A DNA stretch of 64,000 bases from the IMG/VR virus record IMGVR_UViG_3300032213_002454, positions 2,348-66,347 of that record. One strand, given 5' to 3'. The translations under genes were made by a program, and so were the position numbers. This stretch comes from a virus. The notes under the pieces are model-generated. The model was not told the origin of the DNA. It saw nothing but the letters and a program-made list of their open reading frames with translations, and made no database searches. Below are positions 31,201 to 39,541 of this stretch, piece by piece (the first letter of the stretch is position 1; each line of letters opens with the position of its first letter).

Positions 31201-32560
31201 AGAAAAAAGTTTCTTGTAATGCTTGATTGTTTTTTTTGAAACTTTCTACATCGACTTTTTTTATAATATCATTTACATCTTTGATTGTAATAGGTATTTC
31301 AAATTTTTCGTCTTTTTTTTCTCTTTTTTTCGGTGGTTTTGTTCCAAAAGTTTGATTAATGGATAGAAAATTAACATATCCTTTAATTCTTTCATCTATT
31401 TTTGTTTTTACTTTTACTTCTTCACCAATACCCAACTCTTTTTTGTATGGATAATATATGTTATTGTCTATAACAATAAAATTACTATCATCAAGAGCGG
31501 TACTAAGTGCGTATTCAAAAACATCTTTATTTAAATTTATTAGGTTTGTAGAGTAATCTTGAATGTCATTAAGTTTTGTAAAATCTCCCTTTTTTTCTAA
31601 TTCGGCCTGTGAGTTAGCGTCAAAGTTGTCTATTCTATTAATTAACTCCGTTAATGATAAAACAGGAAAATTATCAGGAATTAATCCCTTTCTTTTATAT
31701 GTGTTGTAAACTTCTTCAAGTTTTTGTCTTCCTTTATATGTGTTAAGAGTTTTTTTGGTGTTTGTAACTGGGTCAGTAATGGTAATGACACTATTATACA
31801 TGTACGGTGAAGTTGAGCAATATGATAGTGGTGTATCGAATAGTAGTGCTGTAAACTTACCAATTAATTTTAAATCTATCTCATAGTTTCCATTTTCAGC
31901 ATTGAACTTAGCGTTAAAAGATGTGAGTGATAGTCTATATCTTATGGCCTTTCCATAGTAACCTTTTAAAGTCAAATAGAACAGAGGATATGGAAAATTA
32001 AAAAAAGCCGAATATAACGAATTTTCACCCTGCTCAAATAAAGACCTTCCTTGTATGTCTGTCATCGATATTGACACTTCAGGCACACCAGTTCCTTTTA
32101 TTCTAACACTAATTCTATTTATTCCTAATAGTTGGGTATCTTCATATCCACCAACAGACTTTTCAAATCTTTGCACCTTTTCTGTTTCAACAACTCTTTG
32201 AATATTTCGATTTACTCCTCGAAAGTCTCTTGAATCTTTACCCGTTATTTGGTCCGTCCAACTTGAATCAAATGCGGTTTTACCTTTTGGTTTTAAAAAG
32301 TTAATTTTCAAATCGTCTTCTCCTTGAAATAAAGTTGCAATGGCGGTACTTTGTACATCAAAAGACTCACCAACCGCCAACTTTGTTCTTGGAATTATGA
32401 ATGTTTCCAAATTAGCATAGTAAACCAAATCTTCTTGGTCTACAAACCTTGGTTCTCTTTTTCCTGTACTATCGTATACTTCATTAGGATTAACAACAAC
32501 GATGTTGTTATACTCAGTTTCTATGAATATTTTTTTATTTTGTTTTAATCTAGCGGCCAT
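25289..32560 (-). CDS. Giant baseplate hub protein (gp27/gpD/VgrG-like)
   Basis: 2423 aa; SYSCTVESMGNVMIQPTMYFILRHVPMFYGPYWIFEVSHEV...FNTSFKG resembles the gpD/hub C-terminal motif; follows the gp53-like gene. Confidence 0.65.
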   Translation of the reverse strand: MAARLKQNKKIFIETEYNNIVVVNPNEVYDSTGKREPRFVDQEDLVYYANLETFIIPRTKLAVGESFDVQSTAIATLFQGEDDLKINFLKPKGKTAFDSSWTDQITGKDSRDFRGVNRNIQRVVETEKVQRFEKSVGGYEDTQLLGINRISVRIKGTGVPEVSISMTDIQGRSLFEQGENSLYSAFFNFPYPLFYLTLKGYYGKAIRYRLSLTSFNAKFNAENGNYEIDLKLIGKFTALLFDTPLSYCSTSPYMYNSVITITDPVTNTKKTLNTYKGRQKLEEVYNTYKRKGLIPDNFPVLSLTELINRIDNFDANSQAELEKKGDFTKLNDIQDYSTNLINLNKDVFEYALSTALDDSNFIVIDNNIYYPYKKELGIGEEVKVKTKIDERIKGYVNFLSINQTFGTKPPKKREKKDEKFEIPITIKDVNDIIKKVDVESFKKNNQALQETFFFRTGKQVNIGDPNTNAEFEKFVLDINASLSTTQKVLDANNNIIDVQPDYYFFGNKVVADGSYIPNSYLDKLDKMTKTLEAFQKQIEDELTEFYAQTVISPEGGLGFKPTIRNIFAVLLAGADTFYRLMEDVHEKAWEVRADKDRLMAVIPPESISPDAFKSIQTSSGSLNNDNVVYPWPLYFTKEKQSNQSELYVIQYPGDPKIIKQTKAFNYNIWPEIGFTETFLKAQTQTAAPTENFTYNNIKDVSEYISSNAIEFPFKTTPYQNLDAKKLYYEIFERAYVSTYYGNLLSDLASQKQVDKFYGDIESKNLSLVAPQDIAINQDLKNFKFNLQKLLDYMKKVSNNGQGELWNFYLKNNYVTPYIETLTKNPNEIYGIDTLSNRTVEVSSKIDLAKNLTDYLTSSDSSKKNTLDTYPFTNLDWLKKNLSNGDSIQDFKDYNDTTKTFLYLDDKKTIARINQTDKYSNIKLFTTPYGFNNGNQTYLTDQSNNVQISTRDTLKNFYINRKNEKTFFTESFINYGNSYSGNVGTSIQTTSLLNTPYFINSIVEGVKKQKSGDTQSYVQLGYLFLNSLPLITTKEKIINVDNNTITDLEYLAATFKKYSAVHQVPYAWVLKYGSIWHRYKTFVNSNVDILDDVWKDFDYVKSYDPTTSDITKQYQIFDYTGTTTQTISLQGSNLIVANIYDTQNVGFYPKLIDDVNYYLFGKDLFTGYTSAAFQNAVTVDNFNIGKNNTSSTILNVGFDTSSLNRTLTKRNYYQYRTFAGTSNSPSGGNRIVLYPSMGGIPIDQSIYECINSNNQKTIEPFFNKALYNGSVRSVWGASNFGYFDNSLLTKPKPTEYLKVIKTNTNRQNDFDLVSNELKYSSIDEIFSVFPKELLDKFEEKFLGFCKYNFEIKDLQLNDEVTTATYTNSNGVPNVEQKLLKNQISNLFVFSNAGFVKTNEDVDGKRLAELQISNLTESIKNFLNFDCVIKLSNPYDFERKLFNSFSNLNEFVPEDKYRFGSYLKGKLPGDGTNISLLLSLAQNPTAWAAVRNYVGFSEIPSVDYQNQVQPQFPSVPITNQNTPTQYVQPSNTSTFRTFQDLCTGQYFNITDPNNYSESSLNYTNGHIIYLETIDNSSQPKNFCARKVPNSAQTTTYNLLVDDNAPQTDAVGVTPESYCLSFFNSLINCTQSNNPNVSIVFIGHSSTILPTSNLGVESNRYFNLEKPNGGYSVYKIEGDPNFIATNVGSKRFYNINSNINDPNNFPLPSSGTLGANTNFSNLIQVNNNIAGNYIMVIDYLTPNGSTTKLTTTVTTLPGGSNTSPQQTNNPQNNTQPLPGTQKSFVSEFFIDNDIEFTAQNVTLLSPLIKLYVTQKIDDPSYNKTKFTSFINSYLQDRQSLLDKVVNETFSNLNRILKDIQVEEQTTNTAVNGDVNKLSTYNTLKGFNDKWIAGSDLKNTTLFEDFLFMDRSNSDLGNDFTLDLKMVKRILDPKINPSSSLMSIISQILDENKFMFMAMPAYINFYGLQEALKNGVPLEDSEIGNSLFGTYLEVDYTKASPKFLCIYMGNPSEYPKPKENSFIRFGDDSFDLRTPGNCLEVSDPNRNYSQTNRVVGFSVDFGIQNQSVFKGLDLDMSEMKNTSETFKVNADLGSSVAGDQVAQQSVSLYSLYKSRSYSCTVESMGNVMIQPTMYFILRHVPMFYGPYWIFEVSHEVSTRGFNTSFKGSRIPKYSLPQVNNLLTNVNKKILETYKKQAADKNPKKDENRIATETSLKENPKLNFYAAPQDQCTTKLNSVFTSTPFVDIVETPFTVQELSEVIKQVVTDKTMRTVLMGIAGTTYISKSAGVGVWDNVNYNPYEISTTNTFGALNSLITSQSCVKLGGDPVPIAKFNTFVESTTFISKILNPLLPMLNELVNKSTETNINKKHGKAAFQFAYSTWLTPAAYGPPALTAQQIIDFVDNTFKDNTNLYETYIATYTNFYEIF

Positions 32561-32867
32561 AATAAAATATATGTGTATCTACTGCGGATTTGTAGTCTTG
32601 TAATGCACTAACTAATGGAAATGGTATACGTAAAATAGCACCATCAGGAATATTTGATTCTAAACCACCGTATTGAGGGTTGGCGGTTAAAATTAACCAA
32701 CCGAAATATGGAGTACTGTATTTTTCAAAACTAATTTTATCAAGACGGGATTTACCAACTAAATAAAGGTATTGTTGGTCAGTAGGTCTAATTGGTAAAT
32801 TTACATAAAAAACTACCGTTTGTTGCCCGTTGATTAAAAAGTCTTTATATCTATTGTAGTAATCCAT
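32550..32867 (-). CDS. Baseplate wedge protein gp53-like (LysM-like)
   Basis: RLDKISFEKYSTPYFGWLILTANPQ...IPDGAILRIP. Confidence 0.8.
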   Translation of the reverse strand: MDYYNRYKDFLINGQQTVVFYVNLPIRPTDQQYLYLVGKSRLDKISFEKYSTPYFGWLILTANPQYGGLESNIPDGAILRIPFPLVSALQDYKSAVDTHIFYYGR

Positions 32868-35800
32868 TATGGGAAAGATTTTTTCAAATTAAATTTATTA
32901 CCTCCAGAATTAACTTGTGAGTATAAGTCTTTCATATTAGAATCTGAAGGGGCTAATGGTGGTAATTTAGTTACTAACGCACAAAGTCTTTCTTTAGAAA
33001 CATCATAAGGTCTATAGTTTGTATATTTGTTTGAATAATAATCGTCTCTAAATTTTTTCAAATTTGCATCTTGAGTATTTTTGGAAGTCAAATAATCAGC
33101 ACCTAAACCTGTTTGTGGTGTTGTAATTATATTTGTGAAATAGGTGTCCCAAGCATCTTTATCGGCCTGACCCGCATTTGGTATTGCCACATTTATAATA
33201 CTATTTATAAAATCTTGAGGTTTTTTCAAAATGTCGGTACCGAAAAGTATGAAGAATCTATTTTTAGCCGGGGTGTAATTTGGGATATAAGTGTCAAAAG
33301 AAAATGAATCATTGTACTCATAACTGCCCGATGGAATTACATTAAAAGTACTTAATTGTTGTATAAAATCGTTAATGTCATTTTTCACTAAATAAGATTC
33401 TTGAGTTAATTCTTGTAAAGTATTTGTAACTCCTTGTGGATATGGTGCAGTAATTTGAGTGGTTCCTGATATATTATAAACATAAGCGTTACCTTGTTTT
33501 GTTATGTAACCATCATTACCGTTCATAATATAATTCAATTTGTCAACAATACCTATCCATTCTAATTCTTTTGCTGTAATCGTACTATTGTTAACCTCCA
33601 ATACCCCTAAAATTTGACCAGCTTTATCATCTATCAAATCTTGTATTCTTCTTTTTACTTTTCTTATTTGTATATCACTAAAATTAGAGTTATCAACTAA
33701 TGCGAGTATTGGACAATCGTTGTTATCAACATCTTCTTTTGCTTTAGTTTTTAGGTTGTTAACTCTTGTTTCAATATTTATTGATTTACCATAAATTGTA
33801 CACGATTGTGGACTACCTAAAGCGTTAAAACTTCCTGAAGTATATTCTCTTTCTTTTGTTAATAATTGTAATCCACCTATGAATAATTCATCATTAACTT
33901 TAGAAAGTGTTTGTTCTACAACTTCAAAGTATTCTTTACTCTTATCAACTAAACTTTGCATTACATTCTGATATCTGATATTTCCTGTTACAATATTTGT
34001 TTGAATATCAAGTTTTTGTTCCCCCATCGTACCAATTGGAACTCCCCCGTCATTTTGAGTACCTCTATTACTTGGGTTAGCAACAACCCCAAATCTATTT
34101 AAAGCTTCCTCTTCAATTAATTTGTCATAGGTATCAAGGGTTTCGTTTTTAGCAGTATCGTCAGCTCTATCATCGTACATTTCTGTATTGGCGTAGTAAT
34201 TAAAAGATAGCGCGTTTTGTAATTTAGATACAGGACCTGCTAGACCATGTGCACCTATAAAGTTAAAACCTATATTTACATCAGCTATCATGGGTTGCAC
34301 ACCTATACCTTCGGGATTTAAATCAAATTTTCCATCCTCGTATTTAAATGTAAGCGAATCGATTACAATTTTTGTGTGGAAAAAGTCTCCAATCCTTAAT
34401 ACACAAATAGGTGGTGAACCAAATACGCTGTTTGTCACGTCATTAAAAAGTAGTTTAACTTCACCTTTTAATGATTCGCTAACAGTAGGGATGGTATCGC
34501 CAGGTCTCATACATTGTTGTAAGAATGTTAATCTAGAATTTAAACCTTCAGGTGTGATTGAGTGAAATGCAGGATTAAAAAATTTGAATTTTTGTTTTAT
34601 TCCGTTATAAATCATTTCATCAGAATCTTTAATCATGTCAAAGTAATTACACTCAGTTAATAATTTTCTACCTAATTTTTTTGTTAGTTCTTTTTTTCTT
34701 TGTGATGTTAATTGTGTTGTTCTTTCAGTTCTTGTTCTTGTTACTGTTTCGGGTGTTTGATTTTGTGGTCCTCCGCTTGGTGTCTGACTAACAAAAGTAT
34801 TATTAGATTCTACCGGTTGTGGATTATTCTGATTATTAGATTCCAATTCAACATCATCGTTTACTTCAGATGTTAAATAACTTGTATTAGTATTATTAGT
34901 TTCTTGCGATGCATTAAAATCCCCCTCTACAGAAGTACTTCCATCTCCATTTGTTCCACTATTTTCTACGTTATTTACATTAGAGTTGTCATTACCCGTA
35001 TTGTTTAATGTGTTATCAACAGGGTCAAGTATTTCAACATCAACAATTCTAACTCTTCTACACGCCATTGCGTTTACTGAGGACACACCTTCACTACTAT
35101 TATTTTTAAATGATTTAGAACAATCAATATATTTGTATGGGTCTTGGTCTAACTTACCTCCCTCACCTTGATAAGTTTGAACTTTTACTACAATACTTCC
35201 GTCTTCAGCATAATCCCCAATTTTTTTAGAACCTGCTGGTTGAGCATATAACCACTGTCTAACACTATCCCCTCTTCTTGTTGATAGTTTTATATTATAG
35301 TCAGGATTGTGTACCGATGATGCAGTACCTGACAAACTAAATTTAACTTTTTTTCCTTGTGATAAAGCGTCCCCAATTACAACGGCCAATTTTTTTGCGT
35401 CATTAAATTCACTATCAATATAATTAAAAAACTCACTAACTTTATCTTTTCTTGCGTCTATGAATGAAGATAGATATTGAGTTTGTGCTGCGGGGCTTAA
35501 ATTCTGAATTTGTGCTTGTGTAAATTGTGCATAGGTAGCGTCATTATATTTAAAAATAAAATTTCTAGCCTTAGTAAAAGTCTTACCAAATAAGTCTGTT
35601 CCTCCTGTTTCTAAATAACCTTGTTTAAGTGCTAAATAATCCTGATAAACTTCATCAAAAGGTTTATTGGCTTGTAATGGGTCAAATACACCATTTACGG
35701 TTTTTTGTCCAGGATAATCATTATGGAAATAAAATCCAATATCTTGTAAATTAGGTTGTATAATTGTCGGAGTAAATGTAGGTGCTGGTGTCACACTAGG

Positions 35801-38800
35801 TGTTGGTGATGGTGTAGGTGGTGGTGTTGTAGTAGGTGTTGGTGATGGTGTTGGTGGTGGTGGAGTAGTTGATGGCGTTGGTGATGGTGTTGGAGTAGTT
35901 GATGGTTGATTACAAGGTTTTCCAGTTGGTGTAATTGTTCCGTCAATCGCATTTGTAAAATAAGGTACAGTATTTTTTTCAACGCAAACAGTACCAGTCG
36001 CACCACTTGATAATGGTGTTGAAGTCAGTGTTGTTTGCCCGCAACCTGTATAATTTATAGTTGTGGCACTATTTCCTACGGCATAATCGTATTGTGAACA
36101 AGGGTCCGGTGGTAATGGTGGTATTGGTGGTGGAATTTTTGTAATAAATTCAGTTTCTGTTATTTCTCTAACTAAAACTTGAGTTTCAAAAATTTCTTGA
36201 GGTGTGAATGTTACCCATTTTTTAATTAAGTCATATATATCATACTTTGTACATCCCGCAATAAATGAATCTATTACTTGAGTAATTGAACCTTCACCTT
36301 CTCTTTCTAATTCCCTATCAACCAAAACATTCATTACTGATGGGTGGTCAACTAAAATCTTAAAACTAATGTTTCCCTTTCTTGAAGTATTTGTGTAAGT
36401 ATATATTGGCTCAGGTCTTCCTAAAAATGTATTGTCTTGCCATCCTGTTTGTATATTTTCGTCGAATGATAAATCATAAGGAGGGAACCACATAATTCTA
36501 CCCCCATTCGGTCCTTTTTCACAAGTTGGTAAATCCTCATATGTAAATCCAGGAGTATTTGATGTTCTCCAAGCCAAATTTTCTAAAGAAAACATATATT
36601 TTTTTACCTTATCTTTTCCAAAGTCTAAACTACTTGAACTTGCGTCACTATAAGGTACAATATTTAAGTTATATGTATTTGTTAATACCGAGTCAGGATA
36701 TTTTCTAATGTTACCATCTGTTTTTTGTAATTCTCTATATGTGTAATAGGGTCTATCCTTTGTAAACACTCTACAATATTCATATCCAACTGGATTTTCT
36801 GATTGTTCACCAACTGAAGTTTTTGTTGAATATCTTACAACTCTTGAACCTTTAGTTAATTCTTGGTAACCATCATTAAAAATTTTAGAAACTTGATTGA
36901 TTGCGTTTCCTACGTGTTCAGTTTTGTACTGAGATTTGTTACCGGCATCAACTAATTTTTGAGTTGTGTCTAATAATGAGCCAGGTGTAAAATCGTATGA
37001 ACTTGAGTCGTCTTCTCTATAACTTGGTGGTGTTCCCCATTGTGTTAAATCAGCTCCTCCTCTTTGTGGTAGTTTTCCAGGTTTAGTATAGTTATCGCTG
37101 CTTGTCCATGTAAATCCTCCAAAAACTGTAGAATTTACTAATGTGGTTCCGTCTGCCGCTGCACCTGCACTATAGTAGTTTCGACTATTGATTCCAAATT
37201 TGGTTTCATCTAATTGATTTGTTTCATAAGTTTTTCCTAAGTTTGAGTAGGATAAAACAGGACCATAAGAAGATGCATTATCATTGTACTTTGAAAGTGG
37301 TAACTCTGAAACGTCAGGTGTTACTAATTTTGTAATAGAGCTTTTATTATCGCCTATGTAAAATTTTGATTGTGGTGCAAGTAAACTAAGTCCTTTACCG
37401 TAGTCGGGTCTAAAATAGTTATATGATAATTGTTGAAATATTAAACTTCTTGTTGGTATTGATGTATAAGTCATCAATAATTCTGATGCGTTGTTATTTG
37501 CAGGTTCTTTGTAGTTAAAAATAGGACCACCTTGACCTCCTAACGCAGAAAGTGTGTTTTGTAAAAAAGTGTTTTGATTATTAATTCTTGTAGGATAATC
37601 AAATAACTCACCAATAATATATGAATATGGACTATATAGTCCGGCCAATCTACCTGCAAAATCTACAACGTCTAATGGTGTTGGTACCCCTGCAACATCA
37701 GGTGGTGATGTAATCTTATAGTTCATAGCGATTACAGGAATGTTTCCTGTCGCCATACCTAAAACATCAAATGGGTCTAAATTTGGTTTTGCAGAAATTC
37801 CACCTGTTTGTGGGTCAATTGATGAACTAACAGCATTTACTCTACCAACTGTTTGTTGTAATAATTCTAACGCAATTCTAGATTTAAACTCCTTTTGTAA
37901 ATTTTTTGCACTTATTTTAGCTAAGTTTGAATCTTGAGATAACGGTCCATCAGACCCTGTTGGATTATTCTGCAATAAAATACTATATGGTGTATATGTT
38001 GAAGGTAGAAAAATAAACGTATTATCTGAATTGGCGTAAGGTAGTTGTAATGCTTGAATTACTTCATTGTCAAAATCAATATCAGAATATGAACCAGTTC
38101 CTGTTGAATATGTATTTGATAGATATGCCTGTGTTTCACTTTGACCGGCTTGTATTTCTAAAGTACTACCAATAGTGTCATCGATACCATATGGACCAAC
38201 ATTATCTGCCGGTAATAAATCATCATTTATAACGACAGAATCACCATATGATGTAGTACTACCTAAAGCCGGTCTTGGTCCATATTTGTTATTTATATAA
38301 GTTCTATTTTCAACCGTCTGTCCTATATTTTCTAATTCACTATTTACAGTATCAGGAAAACCATATTCACCTTCATTTGATTTTGTTTGAAAATTAAGAT
38401 TTATATCAGATTGTCTTCTTTCGGTTTCAGAACCGTATTGATTTATTGTAAATAAGATTGGTCTTTGTTCTTGTGATACTCTTTCTAGACGATTAGAAAC
38501 TGTGTCTTCGATTGTATAATTTCCTTGTGATAAAAATAATATTCTTAAAGTTCTATACATTTCGACCTCAAACTCACTTTGTCCATTTTCAGGTCTATAT
38601 AAATTTAATTTAAATAATTGTGGTCTCTCATCTACACCTTCTAATTCTAATCCACTTTGAATTGTATCTGTAAAGTCATATTCGCCAGTTCCAATACTAG
38701 AACTTATTCTATATTGTTGTAGGTCATTATTTATTGACCACAAAGTTGTTCCATAAATTTCATCACCTTGCGATGTGGGAAAATATTGATTACTTGCGTA

Positions 38801-39502
38801 TAATAATCCTTCTTGAGTATTACCAACAAACTCCAATTCATTTCCAATTGTATATGAAATAGAATATGGTGATTGTGTTCTAAATGATGAAAGTGTTAAT
38901 ACATCATTAATATTATAAACAGTTTGTCCAAAATCTTCACTTGCAAAAACACCCCATTTATTTAATATTTTTAAATCTATTTCTTTTTGGTTTCCTATTC
39001 TTTCCAAATAGTTGTTAAATGTATCAACAATTGTATATTCTCCTTCACCGATTGTTAAAATATTTTTGTCGTCATTAATAAAATAAACCGAACTTCCAAA
39101 CCCTGCAATATTATTTTGAGGTTTGTAAACATTTTTTACTATATGATATAATTCTGAATTATCGCCAATCGTTTCTAAATCACTTAAGATGGTGTCTGTT
39201 AAGTCATATTGGCCTTCGTTTGATTTGTAGTTTAAATTTTTATTAATTTGAACCATGTCACCGTATTCTTCACTATCTTCGGGACCATACTGATTTATTG
39301 GAAATAATATTCTTTCTTGTCTGTCTCCAATTATTTCGATTGGTGTTGAATCAACAGGAGTTAGGTCTGTGTAAGTAAATTCACCTTGAGCGGGTTTATC
39401 GTCTGTTCCAAAAAAATTGACAACACGATATGCTGGCAGATTTCTTGCCAACAATTTTTTTCTAAAGTTTTCTGTAGAATTGAATGAAAGTGGGCTTTCC
39501 AT
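32867..39502 (-). CDS. Giant tail-tube initiator/baseplate protein (gp48/gp54-like) with N-terminal repeats, Cys module, PT linker and OmpA-like domain
   Basis: 2211 aa; WFPPYDLSFDEN...W....FLGRPEPIYTYTNTSR and PPICVLRIGDFFHTKIVIDSL...QPMIADV; GTASS...YNIKLSTRRGDSV...RRVRI. Confidence 0.65.
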   Translation of the reverse strand: MESPLSFNSTENFRKKLLARNLPAYRVVNFFGTDDKPAQGEFTYTDLTPVDSTPIEIIGDRQERILFPINQYGPEDSEEYGDMVQINKNLNYKSNEGQYDLTDTILSDLETIGDNSELYHIVKNVYKPQNNIAGFGSSVYFINDDKNILTIGEGEYTIVDTFNNYLERIGNQKEIDLKILNKWGVFASEDFGQTVYNINDVLTLSSFRTQSPYSISYTIGNELEFVGNTQEGLLYASNQYFPTSQGDEIYGTTLWSINNDLQQYRISSSIGTGEYDFTDTIQSGLELEGVDERPQLFKLNLYRPENGQSEFEVEMYRTLRILFLSQGNYTIEDTVSNRLERVSQEQRPILFTINQYGSETERRQSDINLNFQTKSNEGEYGFPDTVNSELENIGQTVENRTYINNKYGPRPALGSTTSYGDSVVINDDLLPADNVGPYGIDDTIGSTLEIQAGQSETQAYLSNTYSTGTGSYSDIDFDNEVIQALQLPYANSDNTFIFLPSTYTPYSILLQNNPTGSDGPLSQDSNLAKISAKNLQKEFKSRIALELLQQTVGRVNAVSSSIDPQTGGISAKPNLDPFDVLGMATGNIPVIAMNYKITSPPDVAGVPTPLDVVDFAGRLAGLYSPYSYIIGELFDYPTRINNQNTFLQNTLSALGGQGGPIFNYKEPANNNASELLMTYTSIPTRSLIFQQLSYNYFRPDYGKGLSLLAPQSKFYIGDNKSSITKLVTPDVSELPLSKYNDNASSYGPVLSYSNLGKTYETNQLDETKFGINSRNYYSAGAAADGTTLVNSTVFGGFTWTSSDNYTKPGKLPQRGGADLTQWGTPPSYREDDSSSYDFTPGSLLDTTQKLVDAGNKSQYKTEHVGNAINQVSKIFNDGYQELTKGSRVVRYSTKTSVGEQSENPVGYEYCRVFTKDRPYYTYRELQKTDGNIRKYPDSVLTNTYNLNIVPYSDASSSSLDFGKDKVKKYMFSLENLAWRTSNTPGFTYEDLPTCEKGPNGGRIMWFPPYDLSFDENIQTGWQDNTFLGRPEPIYTYTNTSRKGNISFKILVDHPSVMNVLVDRELEREGEGSITQVIDSFIAGCTKYDIYDLIKKWVTFTPQEIFETQVLVREITETEFITKIPPPIPPLPPDPCSQYDYAVGNSATTINYTGCGQTTLTSTPLSSGATGTVCVEKNTVPYFTNAIDGTITPTGKPCNQPSTTPTPSPTPSTTPPPPTPSPTPTTTPPPTPSPTPSVTPAPTFTPTIIQPNLQDIGFYFHNDYPGQKTVNGVFDPLQANKPFDEVYQDYLALKQGYLETGGTDLFGKTFTKARNFIFKYNDATYAQFTQAQIQNLSPAAQTQYLSSFIDARKDKVSEFFNYIDSEFNDAKKLAVVIGDALSQGKKVKFSLSGTASSVHNPDYNIKLSTRRGDSVRQWLYAQPAGSKKIGDYAEDGSIVVKVQTYQGEGGKLDQDPYKYIDCSKSFKNNSSEGVSSVNAMACRRVRIVDVEILDPVDNTLNNTGNDNSNVNNVENSGTNGDGSTSVEGDFNASQETNNTNTSYLTSEVNDDVELESNNQNNPQPVESNNTFVSQTPSGGPQNQTPETVTRTRTERTTQLTSQRKKELTKKLGRKLLTECNYFDMIKDSDEMIYNGIKQKFKFFNPAFHSITPEGLNSRLTFLQQCMRPGDTIPTVSESLKGEVKLLFNDVTNSVFGSPPICVLRIGDFFHTKIVIDSLTFKYEDGKFDLNPEGIGVQPMIADVNIGFNFIGAHGLAGPVSKLQNALSFNYYANTEMYDDRADDTAKNETLDTYDKLIEEEALNRFGVVANPSNRGTQNDGGVPIGTMGEQKLDIQTNIVTGNIRYQNVMQSLVDKSKEYFEVVEQTLSKVNDELFIGGLQLLTKEREYTSGSFNALGSPQSCTIYGKSINIETRVNNLKTKAKEDVDNNDCPILALVDNSNFSDIQIRKVKRRIQDLIDDKAGQILGVLEVNNSTITAKELEWIGIVDKLNYIMNGNDGYITKQGNAYVYNISGTTQITAPYPQGVTNTLQELTQESYLVKNDINDFIQQLSTFNVIPSGSYEYNDSFSFDTYIPNYTPAKNRFFILFGTDILKKPQDFINSIINVAIPNAGQADKDAWDTYFTNIITTPQTGLGADYLTSKNTQDANLKKFRDDYYSNKYTNYRPYDVSKERLCALVTKLPPLAPSDSNMKDLYSQVNSGGNKFNLKKSFP
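35765..35905 (-). repeat. Pro/Thr low-complexity linker
   Basis: PSTTPTPSPTPSTTPPPPTPSPTPTTTPPPTPSPTPSVTPAPTFTPT. Confidence 0.9.
35912..36100 (-). repeat. Dispersed ~62-aa Cys module, copy A
   Basis: CSQYDYAVGNSATTINYTGCGQTTLTSTPLSSGATGTVCVEKNTVPYFTNAIDGTITPTGKPC; aligns with copies at 47712 and 58685. Confidence 0.75.
38093..39391 (-). repeat. About 8 degenerate 51-62 aa tandem protein repeats
   Basis: G-x-Y-x3-D-T-x2-S-x-L-E-x2-G...N-x-Y units with anchor aromatics at residues 42, 99, 156, 213, 275, 329, 380, 438. Confidence 0.75.
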
Positions 39503-39541
39503 TAAACTTTATTTGATAAATAGATTATAGTTCAATTTTTT

